Positions 14,025 through 28,199 of a stretch of DNA of 64,000 bases are shown here, piece by piece. Origin of the DNA: Eledone cirrhosa (taxonomy: Eukaryota); NCBI GenBank assembly GCA_964016885.1, contig CAXHJY010001342.1:124001-188000 (forward strand). Reading direction: 5' to 3'. A program made the position numbers and the translations under genes. Each line of letters opens with the position of its first letter. Within the stretch, counting starts at the first letter, position 1. A model generated the notes under the pieces. That model was not told the DNA's origin. It saw nothing but the letters and a program-made list of their open reading frames with translations, and did not search any database.

Positions 14025-16452
14025 ATGTCAACCAAGAACATACCAATACCATCCAGGAATACATATGAGAAATTGCTGATCAACAGTGTAAATTCATTTA
14101 TCAATAGAGTAAGATGGAGGACATTCCATTATGATAGAAACAAATCTAAAAACTTGAATAATACTAACAATTTTGACTCCTTCGGCTTTAAAACCTTTAA
14201 AAGCCCCCCTCATAACACTCTACTTAACTCCTTTGAAAATGACCTAGTTAAACTAGTTAAGAACATTAAATACAATAAGCACCATATTAAAAGCAACACC
14301 TTCTTAAACAAACTTAACACTTCTATTAATGGATTCAAAACTAGTAATAAAATTATTGTACACGCAGATAAAACTAATAACATATACAGCCTAGATTATA
14401 ATACTTATAGAAAGTTTATTTATAATGAACTATATAAAAGCTACAAAAAAACCACCTTGAAAAACTTAGAAGATATTAATGTAGAGGGCTATAAGATAGT
14501 GTCTAAACTAGGACTACAGAGGCATACACAACCTTTCACTCCGAACCCCCCTAGATTCTCTCTGAAGGACCATAAGGAGAACTTCATCAGCAACCCCACG
14601 ATAAGACTTATCTGCCCTTCCAAGTCCGACATTGGTATTATCAGCAAGAAGATTTTGGATAAAATCATCCCACAAATTAAACACAAGATACACCTTAAAC
14701 AATGGGGAAATACGGGTGAAGTAATTGAATGGTTCAAGGATATCAAGAATAATAAGAACAAAAAATTTATTCAATTTGATATCAATTCGTACTACACCTC
14801 TATTTCCCCTATCCTATTAAATAAGGCACTTATCATGGCCATGACCAATAGCGACCTGACTAGAGCCCAGGTTGATGTCATCCTTGCGGCCCGTAAAACC
14901 ATAATCACCTTTGAGGACCAACTATGGACACGCAAGGATACGCACAACAACTTCGACATAACCATGGGATCTAGTGACTCGGCGCAGGTCACGGATTTGG
15001 TCGGCCTATACCTCCTCAACGAAATCCATAAGGACCTCCCTTACCTCAACGGTAGTTTGTACCACGATGATGCACTTCTACTTATAGAATATAAAAAATT
15101 TAATATAGAAAGAACTAGAAAACAACTGCATAAGACATTCAAAAACTTTAACCTTAGTATCACCATGGACAAAAACACTAAAAATGTTAACTTCCTAGAC
15201 GCCACACTATACCTAGACTCAAAAATATATACACCTTTCCACAAGCCTAATGAGAAACTTATTTACGTAGATACCAAGTCTAATCACCCTAGATCAATAT
15301 TAAACTATATCTCTGTCCAATAGAATCTCTAGTCTGTCCTATGACGCAAACATATTTAGCAAAAACTCACAATATTACAATCAAGCATTAGCTAACTCCG
15401 GCCATAATATAGAAATTGAGTTCCTACCTAAGAAAACACATAGCTACAACATCATCTCGCACAACATGTCCATGAGGAAATCTAATAATAGGAATAGCAA
15501 CCACAAGTGCACCAAAGCGGAGGGTGCCACCGGAAGTAACCATTACCATGGAAACTACTGTGGGGCCTTAGGAGGAAGCAACACACCAAACACTAAAAGC
15601 AAAAATAGAAGAAGAAATAATACATTTTTCAACCCTCCTTTCAACCTAAATGTCTCCACCAACATACCTAGGGCTTTCTTCTAACTACTAGATAAAAACT
15701 TCCCTCTAGGACATAAGTACCACAACCTCTTAAACAAAAACACCATTAAAATCTCATACTCTACGACGCCTAACTTAGCATACCACATAGCTAGCAGCAA
15801 TAATAGTAAAATTAGTTCTTACTTCCAACAAACAAAATCACAACGGGATGCAAACCCTCTAAATACCACTGTAGCAAGCAACCATAGCAACGGCAGTAAC
15901 AATAGAAATAACACTAGTATAAGTAATAACACCAGGGTTGTCAACCCGAACACCCAAAATCCTATATCTACCACACGGACTTCCGCATTGCATCATAACC
16001 AGCCGACTAACACACAGGATAATTGTAACTGTAGAGCTAATAGAACCTGCCCTTTAGATAAAAAATGCCTAACCAAGGATGTCATATACTCATGCACCGT
16101 CACGACTAATAACTCTTCAGAAACCTATGCAGGCTCCACTTCTAACTGCTTCAAAATCAGATATAATTCGCACATCCACTCGTTCAAAAAGCACAGCCTA
16201 GCCAACTCCACCTCACTTTCTAGCTACATACACTATCTAAAATCTAAAAATAAACCATACACACTCAAATGGGAAGTGATAGGAAGCGCGACCTCGTACA
16301 AACCACCTAATAAATTCTGTAACCTCTGTATACTAGAGACTCACAATATTATCTTCTCCAACCGTAACCTACTTAACAAAAAATCTGAGGTGTTTGCAAC
16401 TTGCCAGCACCGCCTCAGACATTCCTTCCAAAACTTTAAGCCCAATATATAG
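14025..16452 (+). pseudogene. PLE polyprotein (RT + GIY-YIG EN), one frameshift near 15310 and one stop at 15682-15684
   Basis: KNIPIPS, ADKTNNIY, FIQFDINSYYTSI, FDITMGSSDSAQVTDLVG, YHDD, NFLD, SNHP, CNC..CPL..KC, VIY..YAGST, CNLC. Confidence 0.92.
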
Positions 16453-16900
16453 CAATGTCGGACTGGAACCTAACACCACATCTAGCATCAAACACCAGAG
16501 ACACACCTTATACTACTTACCCAACACTAACTGATCCATTATAACACAAACAATGACATCCCTCTGGAACCCTTCGCAGGGAGAATACCCATTTATACCT
16601 CTGCGGCAGGTGTGACCACACATATCTCTCTGCCACACTATATAAACAAGACGCACATGCGTGCCACACATATAACATTTGCACTATATAACCGCTTATC
16701 TTCATGTTGTACTTTAACCTATATCTTTGATTTTTGATTGTACCTATTAATATAAATGTAATCTCGAAGTGTGTACTGCCACTCTAAATTCTGTAATGAA
16801 TGTTGACCCACAATGTTTGAATATGTATCAATGTTTGAATATGTATTGGTATGTCTCTCGGCTGAAAAGGAGGTCATATAACTGTCCATGCATTAATAAA

Positions 16901-16949
16901 TTGCTCCGAAGAAACCAAACCTCGGTTTGGAGGAAACAGCTGTAAGCAC
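16901..16949 (+). ncRNA. Hammerhead ribozyme, CCGAAGA variant, stem III cagctg
   Basis: ttgct CCGAAGA aaccaaacctcggtttggag GAAA cagctg TA agca. Confidence 0.75.
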
Positions 16950-17006
16950 AATAATGTTTTGAACAGTTCTTTGATTCTTATATTTCATATATTTCATATA
17001 TTTCAT

Positions 17007-17106
<100 letters not shown>

Positions 17107-17132
17107 TATACACATATATATATGTATATGCA

Positions 17133-17181
<49 letters not shown>

Positions 17182-17301
17182 GTAATAATATTGCCAGAAA
17201 TAATGGAATAATTGCCTTATGTTGTTTATTACATAATAATAAATATATATATATATATATATATTTATTATTATGTAATAAACATCATAAGGCAATTATT
17301 C

Positions 17302-17358
17302 CATTTACCAGTGGTGGTTTCTTAAAAGCAAAAGATTTTGCTTTCAATCCTCAGAATG
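17302..17358 (-). ncRNA. Type-I hammerhead ribozyme
   Basis: catt CTGAGGA ttgaaagcaaaa-tc-ttttgcttttaa GAAA cca-ccac-tgg TA aatg; related copy at 17971-18024 (-) has a GUG cleavage triplet. Confidence 0.8.
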
Positions 17359-17934
17359 AAAAAATCCTGGTCTGTTTATTGAATTTGGATTTGGATATAA
17401 GAAAAAAAAAAATATATATATTAAAAATTTTTGACACCGTTACAGAAGGCAGCTAACTGGACAGATACGCGTGGTAAGCAATACACACAAATGCACGTAT
17501 ACATACGTACGAAATAGTAAATACATACACACACTCTCACACATAAATATACATATACAAATACATAAACACATACATACACATACATGCACAAACACGC
17601 ACACGTATACAATACATACATACACATATGTATATGTAATTATATACACACACATATATATATATATATACATAAATATAAACATACACACACACATATA
17701 TGTATACATACACACACATATACATACATAGCTATACAATCATACACATACAAATACGTACATATCATAAACACGCACAACCAAATACAAACACACACAC
17801 ACACATACATATATATATATACACACACACACATATATATATATATACACATATATATACACATACACACACACATACATGTGTGTGTGTAAAACTCAGT
17901 CTTGGATAATTCATATGAACCTTACATATATATA

Positions 17935-20510
17935 GTAGTAAAGTAATAAATCAACATAAGGCAATTATTCCATTCACCAGTGGTTTCTTAAAAGCAAAAA
18001 AAATTTTCTTCCATCTTCAGAATGTAAACAAACCTGGTCTATCCACATATACAACCATATACACACACAAATATATATATATACATACATATACATACAC
18101 ACACATACATATATATATATATATACACACAAATATACATACACATACACATAGGTATGTGAAGGGCAAGGCAAAAAGAATAAATGGGGGGGGGGGGGGG
18201 TAGGAAAAGGTGAAATATAAGGGGAGGTAAGGGAGAAAAAAATAAATATACAGGAGTACAGAACGTAGAATCAGCAAAATAAAAACCGTAGCAGAAGTAA
18301 AGAGCAGAGAAGGAGTTCAAGGCGGTTGATTTATCACAGGAGTGTCAATCCAGTTACAGATCAGATGCGATTTCAGATGAGGACAGCATCTGAAGATCTC
18401 AGTCTGTGAGTTAAGGCAAGCGGAAGTGGATCTCAAGTTTAGCAAAATCCTATACTTTTCTGTGGTACACAAAGAACAATTCTTTGTGCCCCTTTGGTAC
18501 TCCCTCAAATGGTCTAATATAGACCAATCAATAGAGTACGGGATGTTACTATCCTTGAGTTCCCACACCTTACTTGCGAGGGCCGTTGATGTTCGTTTAT
18601 CGGAGTGCTTAAAAGAAGCGACATGTGAGTAAAATCTGGTTTTAAATCTGTCCTGGGTCATACCGACATATCGCTCACTCCTGGCTGGCTGGTTGTTGAT
18701 TACCGGTGTTATCTTAGCCTCATAAACAACAGATTTGGTGTTACATTTACCCTGCAATGGGCATTCATCCGGCTTCCTGCAACTGCATCCTGGATTTATT
18801 CTCGTATGGTTTGAACTGGTGATTTTGGACTTCATAGATGGGCAACAAGAGTAGCTGATCTTAACTACGTTCCTATTAAATATCTTATAATATCTATGAT
18901 TAGGAGGAAAATGTTTGTCTAATAGTTCAAGGAATTTCCTTCCTACATTAGTTTTGACAGTTAGAGAGAAGGGGGGTGTGAACCAATGTCTATAGACGAA
19001 GATAAAGTAGAAATCCTACGGCTAATGTTAGGAATAAGATTATTAAAAACTATAGGGGGATGGCAAGACTCTTTGTGTATATACCTAAGATTTTCATTAG
19101 GTTTATGATAGGGTTTAAAAGAGGCAGTAAGTAGATCAAGATTAATATCAAGAAAGTTAGCATTAGTAAGGTTCGTATCTATAGTGATTTTAAGGTTAAG
19201 ATTAGCAAAAGTATTGATTAAATCTTTACGGAATTTATCAAGGTTATGGCCGTTGGTGGTATGAGAAACTGCTAATCCGTCATCACGGTATAAACCGATA
19301 TTATGGGACGGAAATTTCTCTTTGAGGGTGTGGAGAAGGAATAATCCTACTAAGTCACACACATCCGCACTGTCATATGAACCCATTGCAACATCAAAAG
19401 AGTTTTCAGAGTTTGACTTTTTAACCCAAATATTATCATTAGTAAAAAGTAAAGTTTTTCTAGCATCAAAGATAATGTCTTCTTCTAATTTAGAAATATT
19501 AATGAAGGGTCTTGCAAAATCTAAGGCATTAGTTAATAAGGAAACAGTAATAGATGGGTAAAAATCGACAATATCAGATTGGGTAAATCTACACTTATTT
19601 TTACCTTGTATATTATTGAACCAAGAAATAACAGAGGAAGTATTTAGCCACTGTGATAGGTCAGTGTTAGTTCTAATTTGGAGAATTATTTTTCTTAAGA
19701 TTTTCTTACTTGCAAGGCCAACCTTGGATTTAGCCAGGTTAATCAGTCTACAACTAGGTCGATTAGTAAAGTCCAATTTATGCCTTTAAGGGTAATATAT
19801 GCTTTACGCTTAGCTAAGCTTTCAATCCGGTTATCTATTTGTAAAGAACTAGCTAGTTCTTTAGCTTCTTTATTGATCGTATTGTAGGTATTATTATTAG
19901 TTAATTGATATTTATTGGTAATACTATTAGTTAAAAGTTGGTTATACAAAGTACTATTAACTTCAAAGAGGTTTTTAGTTTTATCAGAAAGAACGAAAGT
20001 GTTTGTAGAATTTCTAAAATTAGAGATATCGTTATAAAGTTTAGTTTGAAAGTTATTATTGTACTTACGAAATTTGATATCACTAATTAGATTAACGAGG
20101 TCTAATTCGAAGTTGGCCATGTCTTTAATTCTAGGTGGATATTTACGGGATTTGATGTCAAAACAATCTTTAGTATCAGCACTGAATAGTCCATCGTAAA
20201 CCATAGCCTTCCATCTCATTCTTTTAACGACTTGTTCGATTTTATCAATGAGGATTTTGGTGTAAGTTGTGTTGGAAGGAGTGGGTATATTTTTGATTGA
20301 ATAATCCAATTCACAAAGATCCATGGTGTATGTTGGTTAAATTTCTGAAAACTGTAGATTGCTCAACTAATCGGGCTGGAAAGTGCCAATCGTATATGTA
20401 ATATAGAATATGCTTCAATCAATCCCGGTTGGAACTGTATAAATGAAGTAATTCCGTCGGAAAAGTCCAGGAAAAAAGAGTGCTCTATGTAGGTAACAGA
20501 GCTTAATTAT
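17935..20510 (-). mobile_element. Penelope-like element, lineage 1 (different family), near full length
   Basis: ORF remnants 18317-20324, 3' UTR with HHR, 5' leader ending at (TA)n. Confidence 0.9.
18317..20324 (-). pseudogene. PLE RT + GIY-YIG EN, frameshifted, with internal deletion near 18985
   Basis: YSIKNIPTPS, SDKT, DIVDFYPSI, FDVAMGSYDSADVCDLVG, GLYRDDGL, NFLD, WFTPPF, VVY..YVGMT..FKTRF. Confidence 0.92.
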
Positions 20511-20526
20511 TATATATATATATACA

Positions 20527-20688
<162 letters not shown>

Positions 20689-20950
20689 AAAAGAAATAGA
20701 AAATGCAATTGGAGTCTTTTAAGAATATTTTTTTTTTCTTTACCGGTTTTACAGTTCTTATGATTTTCATAAGTAAAATTAAGATGGAGGGTTTGTGATT
20801 CTGTTGTTGTTTGTCTCGCAGATGCGAGAGTGTGTGTGTGAGTCCGGGGATTCTATCGACGGTAACCACAGTTAGTAAGGTACTTATCATGTAAACATCA
20901 TTTCTATATTAAATATAATATATATAATATATACATATATATATATATAT

Positions 20951-21656
20951 AAGGTATCTATTTTTGAAGCTCTAGTTAAACTTTATTTAGTTACCTACCT
21001 AGCTATGTGTGCTTACACACTTTTACAAATTATCCCCTGTGATTGTTTCATATGTTTATTTATATGTCAATCAATTTCTAGTTGATATAAAATGCTCGGA
21101 TCTATTCATTAGAATCTTGGAGCATATTTTACGGGTGATATGGCGCATGTCTATCCGACATGACACCCTTAATTTAATTTAATTTAATTTAATTTAATTT
21201 ATCTTAATTTTGGATATATATATATATATAAATACGGCCCCTTAATTGTAGAGCTAAATCAGTTGAAAGGACTTGACTGCTGTTTCTAGTTGTCGATAAC
21301 CCTATTCACGCCACCGGGACGAAGCTGGTATGATGTGTCTATTTTTAGTAAATACAGCACGTGTTACTAGCCAGTCGCTGATTTGAATTTGATGCGTAAA
21401 CACAGATGGCTGGACCTCTTCCTTGTTGAACATCCAGGACCTGGCTACTGTCGTTTACCAATCGATTAATTGGTGAAATATATTTCTTTAATGGAATATA
21501 TACAAGGAAGATTAATCATTTTATAAGGTATCTATTTTTGAAGATCTAGTTAAACTTTATTTAGTTACCTACCTAGCTATGTGTGCTTACACACTTTTAC
21601 AAATTATCCCCTGTGATTGTTTCATATGTTTATTTATATGTTAATCAATTTCTAGT

Positions 21657-21662
<6 letters not shown>
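20951..21662. mobile_element. 574-bp non-coding unit present as about 1.24 tandem copies in (TA)n
   Basis: 20951-21088 is repeated directly at 21525-21662. Confidence 0.7.
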
Positions 21663-21737
<75 letters not shown>

Positions 21738-21741
<4 letters not shown>

Positions 21742-22172
21742 GTTTAACATGCAGTTACTGTAGGTTCACCCAGGTGAACACTCGATGCGTAGATTCACGT
21801 CTGTAACGAGGTGTAGAGTGTAAATATAATAATAAAAGGACGATTTGTTATGTTTTCATTACTTTTATTGAGTAGTGACGTGCGTTTCGCTATTGATCAG
21901 CGCAAGGTTCGATCTGTATCGATCTGGCCCAACTCTGGAATCAATAGCTCGTCGGATCTCTGCTGTGGTAATGACAGAATGAACATATAGAGCATATAAA
22001 TGTCCGTAACGATTGGCATTCATTTTTGGTGGTCAGTTCCTGTTGTTTCGATTGGTTGTTTTTCTATGAGGTGGGCCAGATCGATACATATCAAACCATG
22101 AGCTGATCAATAGCGAAACGTCCGTCACTACCCAATGAACATAATGATGACATAACAAATCATCTTTTTATT
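21738..22172. mobile_element. Older, diverged fold-back PLE terminal fragment with degenerate HHR
   Basis: Arms about 21830-21931 and 22071-22172; minus strand CCGACGA gctattgat..atcaatagc GAAA cgcacg TC. Confidence 0.65.
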
Positions 22173-22199
22173 ATATATATATATATATATACACGCGAG

Positions 22200-22860
22200 G
22201 GGATGATGAAATGTTTTGGGCTTTAAGTGTATCGCGAAAAGGTACAGCTGTTACTTTTCCAGGGAGGTAGGACCGCTGCAATAAATTTGTGAATCTGAGA
22301 AGGTATAAATCAGTGTTGATTTCTCTGCTTTCAGTGCTGTGCTGTCTGAAATCGAAAAGGGCGAGGAATCCTGAGTCGGGCGTGTTCTGTACCGAGCCTG
22401 ATATTTTCGTCTGCGTTGTTGAACGACTCGAATATGTGAGGATGAGGATAGCAGCCACATATCTAGTGAAGAATATGCAGGAATTGCAGGTGATCAGCAC
22501 TCTGATTCACGTATGTAAGAGATGGCCAGTAAGCCCGACAGGCTTGGTCCCATGGGTAGTTGGGGCCAAGGAAACTGAAAAAAGCGTTGTTGACAATAAT
22601 GGATAGGAGCTGTCCGATGTCAGACGGAGTGAGGCCGAAACAGTGTAGATCGATGGAACAGGCGCACTCTGTGAGTATGTTAACAGCTGGGAGCGCAGGT
22701 ATCGAGGTGTACGGAGATACTACGTCTGGGCTGAAGGCCTACCTGTTGCATTTGGAGGTGTCTGGTTCTAGTTGGTTGAGTCATTGAATGACTTCTTCCG
22801 AGCCCTTGATGTGAGCCAGGAAGGTTGTCAACATGGGATTTAATCTCTGGTATTGTAGAG
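22200..22860 (-). pseudogene. PLE reverse transcriptase remnant, lineage 3
   Basis: Minus strand gives FSPDVVSPYTSIP (cf. SLDVVSLYTSIP), PMGPSLSGLLA and FTRYVAAILIL (cf. RYVDD). Confidence 0.7.
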
Positions 22861-22869
22861 GTTATCATA

Positions 22870-23410
22870 TGCTCTGTATATTAGCTATACTCCTTTAAGA
22901 AGATCTACAAAAGCTTCTTTCAATATAGTAGCGAGGTAGAATGCAAGCATTACGCATTGTTGATTTGCACTATTATTAACGCTAAGTGATTTCGATATAT
23001 CGTTCTTTGCACCTTCGTATAACACAGCAAAGATTATGATATTCATCTCCAGGCATCATATTCTTTCCAAGCTAGTACTTAACATCTTTTAGTTGACGTT
23101 ATCGAAAGCCTTAATAAAGCCGATGTATATCTGCATATTTTGTTTAACATTTTACCTGGAATTATCGTACCTTGAAGTCATATTTGATTTACTTCTCTCT
23201 GGACGAAATCTGTATTGAGATTCGAATAGATAGAGTCCCGATGCTTCAGTTTACTTGATGGGTCAAAAACAGGATTATCATTGCCAGCAGCTTTCCTAGC
23301 AGTAAATAGTAGCGATATTCAGGGGTAGCTGTCATATTCTACTCCACCAGCTTTCTTGTACAGCTTTCTTGTTCAGCGTTTATATTAGCCAATTGAAAAT
23401 TCGCTGGCAT
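22870..23410 (-). pseudogene. RTE-like LINE RT remnant
   Basis: YDSYP*ISLLFTARK, ESQYRFRPER, FIKAFDNVN. Confidence 0.65.
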
Positions 23411-23483
23411 CTCTCTCTTGTGTTATATTAATGATTAGCTTTACTAACACTTCATTGGGTCTGTCGTGTCCGGATCCAATAGC

Positions 23484-23514
<31 letters not shown>

Positions 23515-24524
23515 CTTCTTCTTCGCCGCCGTCGTCTCCCCCTCCCCTCCTCCCTATCCCTCACTTACTCCCCCCCTTCTTCTTATTACCTTACCTGTTA
23601 CCTACTCCCCTTTCTCCTTTCATTATATTCCCTTCTTTGCTCTTTCTATCAATATCTATCCTTACAATCTATTCTTACCCGCTATCCTTACCCTCTATCC
23701 TTACTCTGCATTCTTACCCCCTATCCGTACCCTCTATCCTTACTCTCTATTCCTACTCTCCATCCTTACCCTCCTTTCTATCCTTAATCTTCTCTCTATC
23801 CTTACCCTCTATCCTTACCCTCTCTATTCTCTCTCTCTATTCTTACTGCCTACTCTCCTCTCATACCTTACTATCATTCCTATTTTATTTCCTCCACACT
23901 TCTTATGTCCACATTTTTATTTTCTCTTTCTTTTTTTCTGTTTTTTTTTTTTACTTTTCGCTTTACGTTTCATTTTTTATTTTTACTTTTTTTATTCATT
24001 ATATTTATTTTTATACATTTACTTATTTATTTCTGATATGTTTTGCGAAACTAAAGGAAATTTTCATAAATAATCACTGAAACTACATATCGTTACGATG
24101 AAGCAATGTATCATCGTAGAGTGGTCATGACAACATGCCGTATTTCAGTTTGCTGTCAACGTAATGCAGATATACTTATAGGAAAATCATGCAGATGTTT
24201 CGCAAACTCTTTACTCGTTATATATTTCTTTTCCCAAAACTAATTGTTATGAATGTTATATGAGAATATTTCTAAAATATTCCCTCTTCGCCCCCCTCCT
24301 CCTCCGTCCCCTCCCTCCTCCTTCCACCCTCCCTCCATTCTTCTTCTTCTTCTTCTTCTTCTTCTTCTTCTTCTTCTTCTTCTTCTTCTTCTTCTTCTTC
24401 TTCTTCTTCTTCTTCTTCTCCCGTATCGGTTCCTTTTTCTTTCACTGAAGAGAGAATCGGTTTCCAGCACCATGTGAAGATTGTGTACATGCATGCATGC
24501 ATATATATATATATATATATATAT

Positions 24525-24691
24525 AACGAAGGAGGTGTGGTAAGGAACCAGATGGACCATAACGCACCTGAGTGGGTAATAGGAAAATGTTTGATCCCGA
24601 CGGCAGAGCTCAAGCCGTTTCAACGGCTATTTATGGAAATAGCCGTCGAAACGGCTTGAGCTCTGCCGTCGGGGTCAAACATTTTCCTATA
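24525..24691. mobile_element. Fold-back fragment broken inside an HHR; family also at 27388-27510 and 33578-33755
   Basis: About 54-bp inverted arms; GAAA cggc-ttgagctct-gccg TC stem III kept, 5' half of the ribozyme absent. Confidence 0.75.
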
Positions 24692-24706
24692 TATATATAT
24701 ATATAG

Positions 24707-27347
24707 TATAAAAGAGAAAACACAGGTAAGCATTAAGAAAAGGATTTTATCTAGCTTTTTACGACCGTTTCATTGGTAAGTGCAACCTTATATTGCTATA
24801 CTGCAAATACCAGCCACTCAATGATAATTGTTGTTCACGTCCAAATTTTCAAAATAGTAAGTAAGTTATTCTTAAAAAAGTTCTTAATATATAGAGAACA
24901 ACATTTTTTTGGAATTGTATTTACTAGTATAGAGAGAGAGGAAGAGGAATTAGAAAGGGGGGGGGGGGACAAACGGAATAGTATAGAGAGAGAGGAAGGG
25001 AGAGAAGAGTTAGGAAGTAGAGTGACAAACTGAGATGGAGGGAGGGGTAGAGGCTGAAATATTCCTTGATCAGTTTTGATACGTAGACTTCATGTCGTCG
25101 ATTTAGAGTGTAGTGAGTTAAAGAGAATTAAATTGTTTATAGTGGGAGGGATGGAGATATATATATAGAGATGGGGGGGGGGAGATATAGAGAGATAAAT
25201 ATATATATAAAAAATAAAAATAAAAAGAAAAATGAAGAAGGGGGAGGAGAAAGAAGAAAAGAAAAGATAGCCAAAAAGGGGCGAGAGGAAAGGAAGAAAA
25301 CGAAAAGAAATAGAAAAGGAATGAAGGAGAAGGGAGGGATATAGGTATTGGTTTTTGTGGGTAATTAAAGGGGTTAGATACAATAAGAGGGTAGAAAGTC
25401 TAAGTATATGCAGTTTGTCAGGTGGTAGTAAGAGTTTAAGGGTTCGATTTGCACTTGTAGTGAGAAAACCTTTCTTTGAGTCTATGGTTACAATAAATTG
25501 TTCTTTCGATTTTATTGTTGAGTAACTTATTCTTCGAACACAAAATGTGGAACAGCTCAAGGTCACATAATCGACAGCTTCTCATACCACTCCGATATGG
25601 GAGCGCGTTCGATAATTTTTTTCCACTTCAGGGTGTATTGATGGTTACTTTCCCTCAGTTGCCAAGTCTTGTTTGCAAGGGTAGTTACATAACGATGTTG
25701 GGAATGTTTCATTGCGTAACGGTGTGTATACCAACGGGCTTTAAATGTATTCCCAGTCTCTCCGATGTAATACCATTTCTGGTTCTCTGATTCTACTGTG
25801 CCTTGGTAAACCAGGTTAGACTGCATACATTCATTATGTAATGGACAGGTTTCAGGTAGGTGGCAGTTACAATTCTTGTCATGGGCAACTTTGGCATTAT
25901 TGGTGGGCTGCGATGCCTGTACAAGTGTGTTACGTTTTGTTTGCCTATTAGTGGGTGGTTGTGTATTAGATATTCTGTTGTGTTCAATGGTGATTGTATT
26001 GTTATTGTTATAAATTTGTCTTCTGGTGTTGTTATGTATCTTTTTAGCGTTAAGCATGTTAATGTGTGCCTGTATGTTTGGTGCCATGGAGTAAGATAGT
26101 CTAATAGATTTAGTTTTAATGATTTTGCTGTATCTATGTGAATCTGGAAAGTGCTTATTTATTATTCTAAAGAAGGTAGAGAGTAGATTAGTACTAATAG
26201 AGGTGTTAAATATGGGGTTATACCAAATATATTTTCTACTGCTTGACTTGTTTGATTTCTTGTTTTATTTATATTTACAGTATAATTTGTAGTTCTATGC
26301 GTAAATGCGTGTGTGCGTGTGTTTCTGGAGTTTGTGTTATGCGTGTTCGTGTGCGCTTTGCGGAGCTCTCATCTATATATTCTACTCTATCTAAGTGGCC
26401 AACAATAAAAGTTACTCAATCTAAGTTACTCAACAATAAAATCGAAAGATCGATTTATTGTAACCATAGACTCAAAGAAAAGTTTTCGCACTACAAGTGC
26501 AAATCGAACCCTTAACCTCTTACTACCACCTGACAAACTGCATAGACTTTCTACCCTCTTATTGTATCTAACCCCTTTAATTACCCACAAAAACCAATAC
26601 CTATATCCCTCCCTTCTCCTTCATTCCTTTTCTATTTCTTTTCGTTTCCTTCCTTTCTTCTCTCCCCTTTTTGGCTATCTTTCCTTTTCTTCTCCCCCCC
26701 CCCCTTCTTTATTTTTATTTTTATTTTTACTTTTTATATATATATTTATCTCTCTATATCTCCCCCTCTCTCTCCATCCCTCCCACTATAAACAATTTAA
26801 TTCTCTTTAACTCACTACACTCTAAATCAATGACATGAAGTCTACGTATCAAAACTGATCAAGGAATCCTTCTACCTCTACCCCTCCCTCCATCTCAGTT
26901 TGTCACTCTACTTCCTAACTCTTCTCACCCTTCCTCTCTCTCTATACTATTCCGTTTGTCCCCCCACTTTCTAATTCCTCTTCCTCTCTCACCATACTAG
27001 TAAATACAATTTCAAAAACATGTTTTTCTCTATATATTAAGAACTTTTTAAAGAGTAACTTACTCACTATTTTGAAAATTTGGACGTGAACAACAATTAT
27101 CATTGAGTGGCTGCTATTTGCAGTATAGCAATATAAGGTTGCACTTACCAATGAAACGATCGTAAATACCTGGATAAAATCCTTTTCTTAATGCTTACCT
27201 GTGTTTTCTCTTTTATACTTTATACTCCAAGATTGAACGGAATTCTTACAAACTTGTGGAGTTACCCCTAACCGTACGTTGAAACCGTCCATGAAACTGG
27301 CTTTCTTAACCACGAACTGGATCACAATAAGCAATTTCCTACTTCCC

Positions 27348-27352
<5 letters not shown>
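24707..27352 (-). mobile_element. 5'-truncated lineage-1 PLE (EN end + 3' UTR) fused head-to-head with inverted 3' UTR
   Basis: EN remnant about 25436-26240 (CNC..CPL..EC, LVY..YYIGETGNTFKARW, CRLC); arms 24707-25527 and 26424-27218; right arm has extra tail. Confidence 0.88.
27068..27168 (+). ncRNA. Hammerhead motif with U3-A8 core (TTGAAAA) and long stem II
   Basis: tatt TTGAAAA t-ttgg..ccaa-t GAAA cgatcg TA aata; mirror at about 24756-24856 (-). Confidence 0.55.
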
Positions 27353-27391
<39 letters not shown>

Positions 27392-27552
27392 AACAAGTAA
27401 GATCCCGGGGGTCTTACTTGTTCCTATTACTCACTCTACTACCCTAAGTATTGAGTACTTTGGTGCGTTATGGTTGGTCCACCTGGTTCCTTACCACTTT
27501 TCCTTCGTTATATATATACACATATATATATACACATACACATATGTATATA

Positions 27553-27590
<38 letters not shown>

Positions 27591-28199
27591 TAAACGGAAT
27601 AGAAAATGCTGACAAATTGTTCACAGTTGAAAAATGGTTTAATTAGGAATAAAAGAGTATTAGTGATTGTATGGGTTAGTATTCAGTTGTGGTTTTAAGT
27701 TTTTAAGTTTTTACCGGTTGCGCATTTCTAAATGCTTTTCAAAAATAATTTTGAGATAGAGTGTCCGTGTTGTTTGCTCTGATATATATATATACGTATC
27801 TATATATTATATGTATGCCTGTTTCCTCTCTATATATATATACGTATATATATATATATGTGTATATGTATATAGCAATCATATTTTAAAAACCATTTCA
27901 CTCGTGACTATCATGCATTCTTTATTCAGTCTTAGAAGACACTATATTTTACTCTCAAATAATTTGAAGATTGTTGTTGTTGTTACTTTTGTTGTCGTTG
28001 TCGTTTATATAGAGATGAGCCTGGATTGAGCAAACCTGTGATCAAGATCGGACGAAATATAACCACCATATATATTAACAGTTAGATAGTCTGTGAGGAG
28101 ATGAAGCTTAAAGGTTTCTTATTTAGGTCAACAATTTTGGGGAAGGGAAAGTCAATTAAATCGACCCCAGTACGTTACTGGTACTTTATTTTATCGGAG

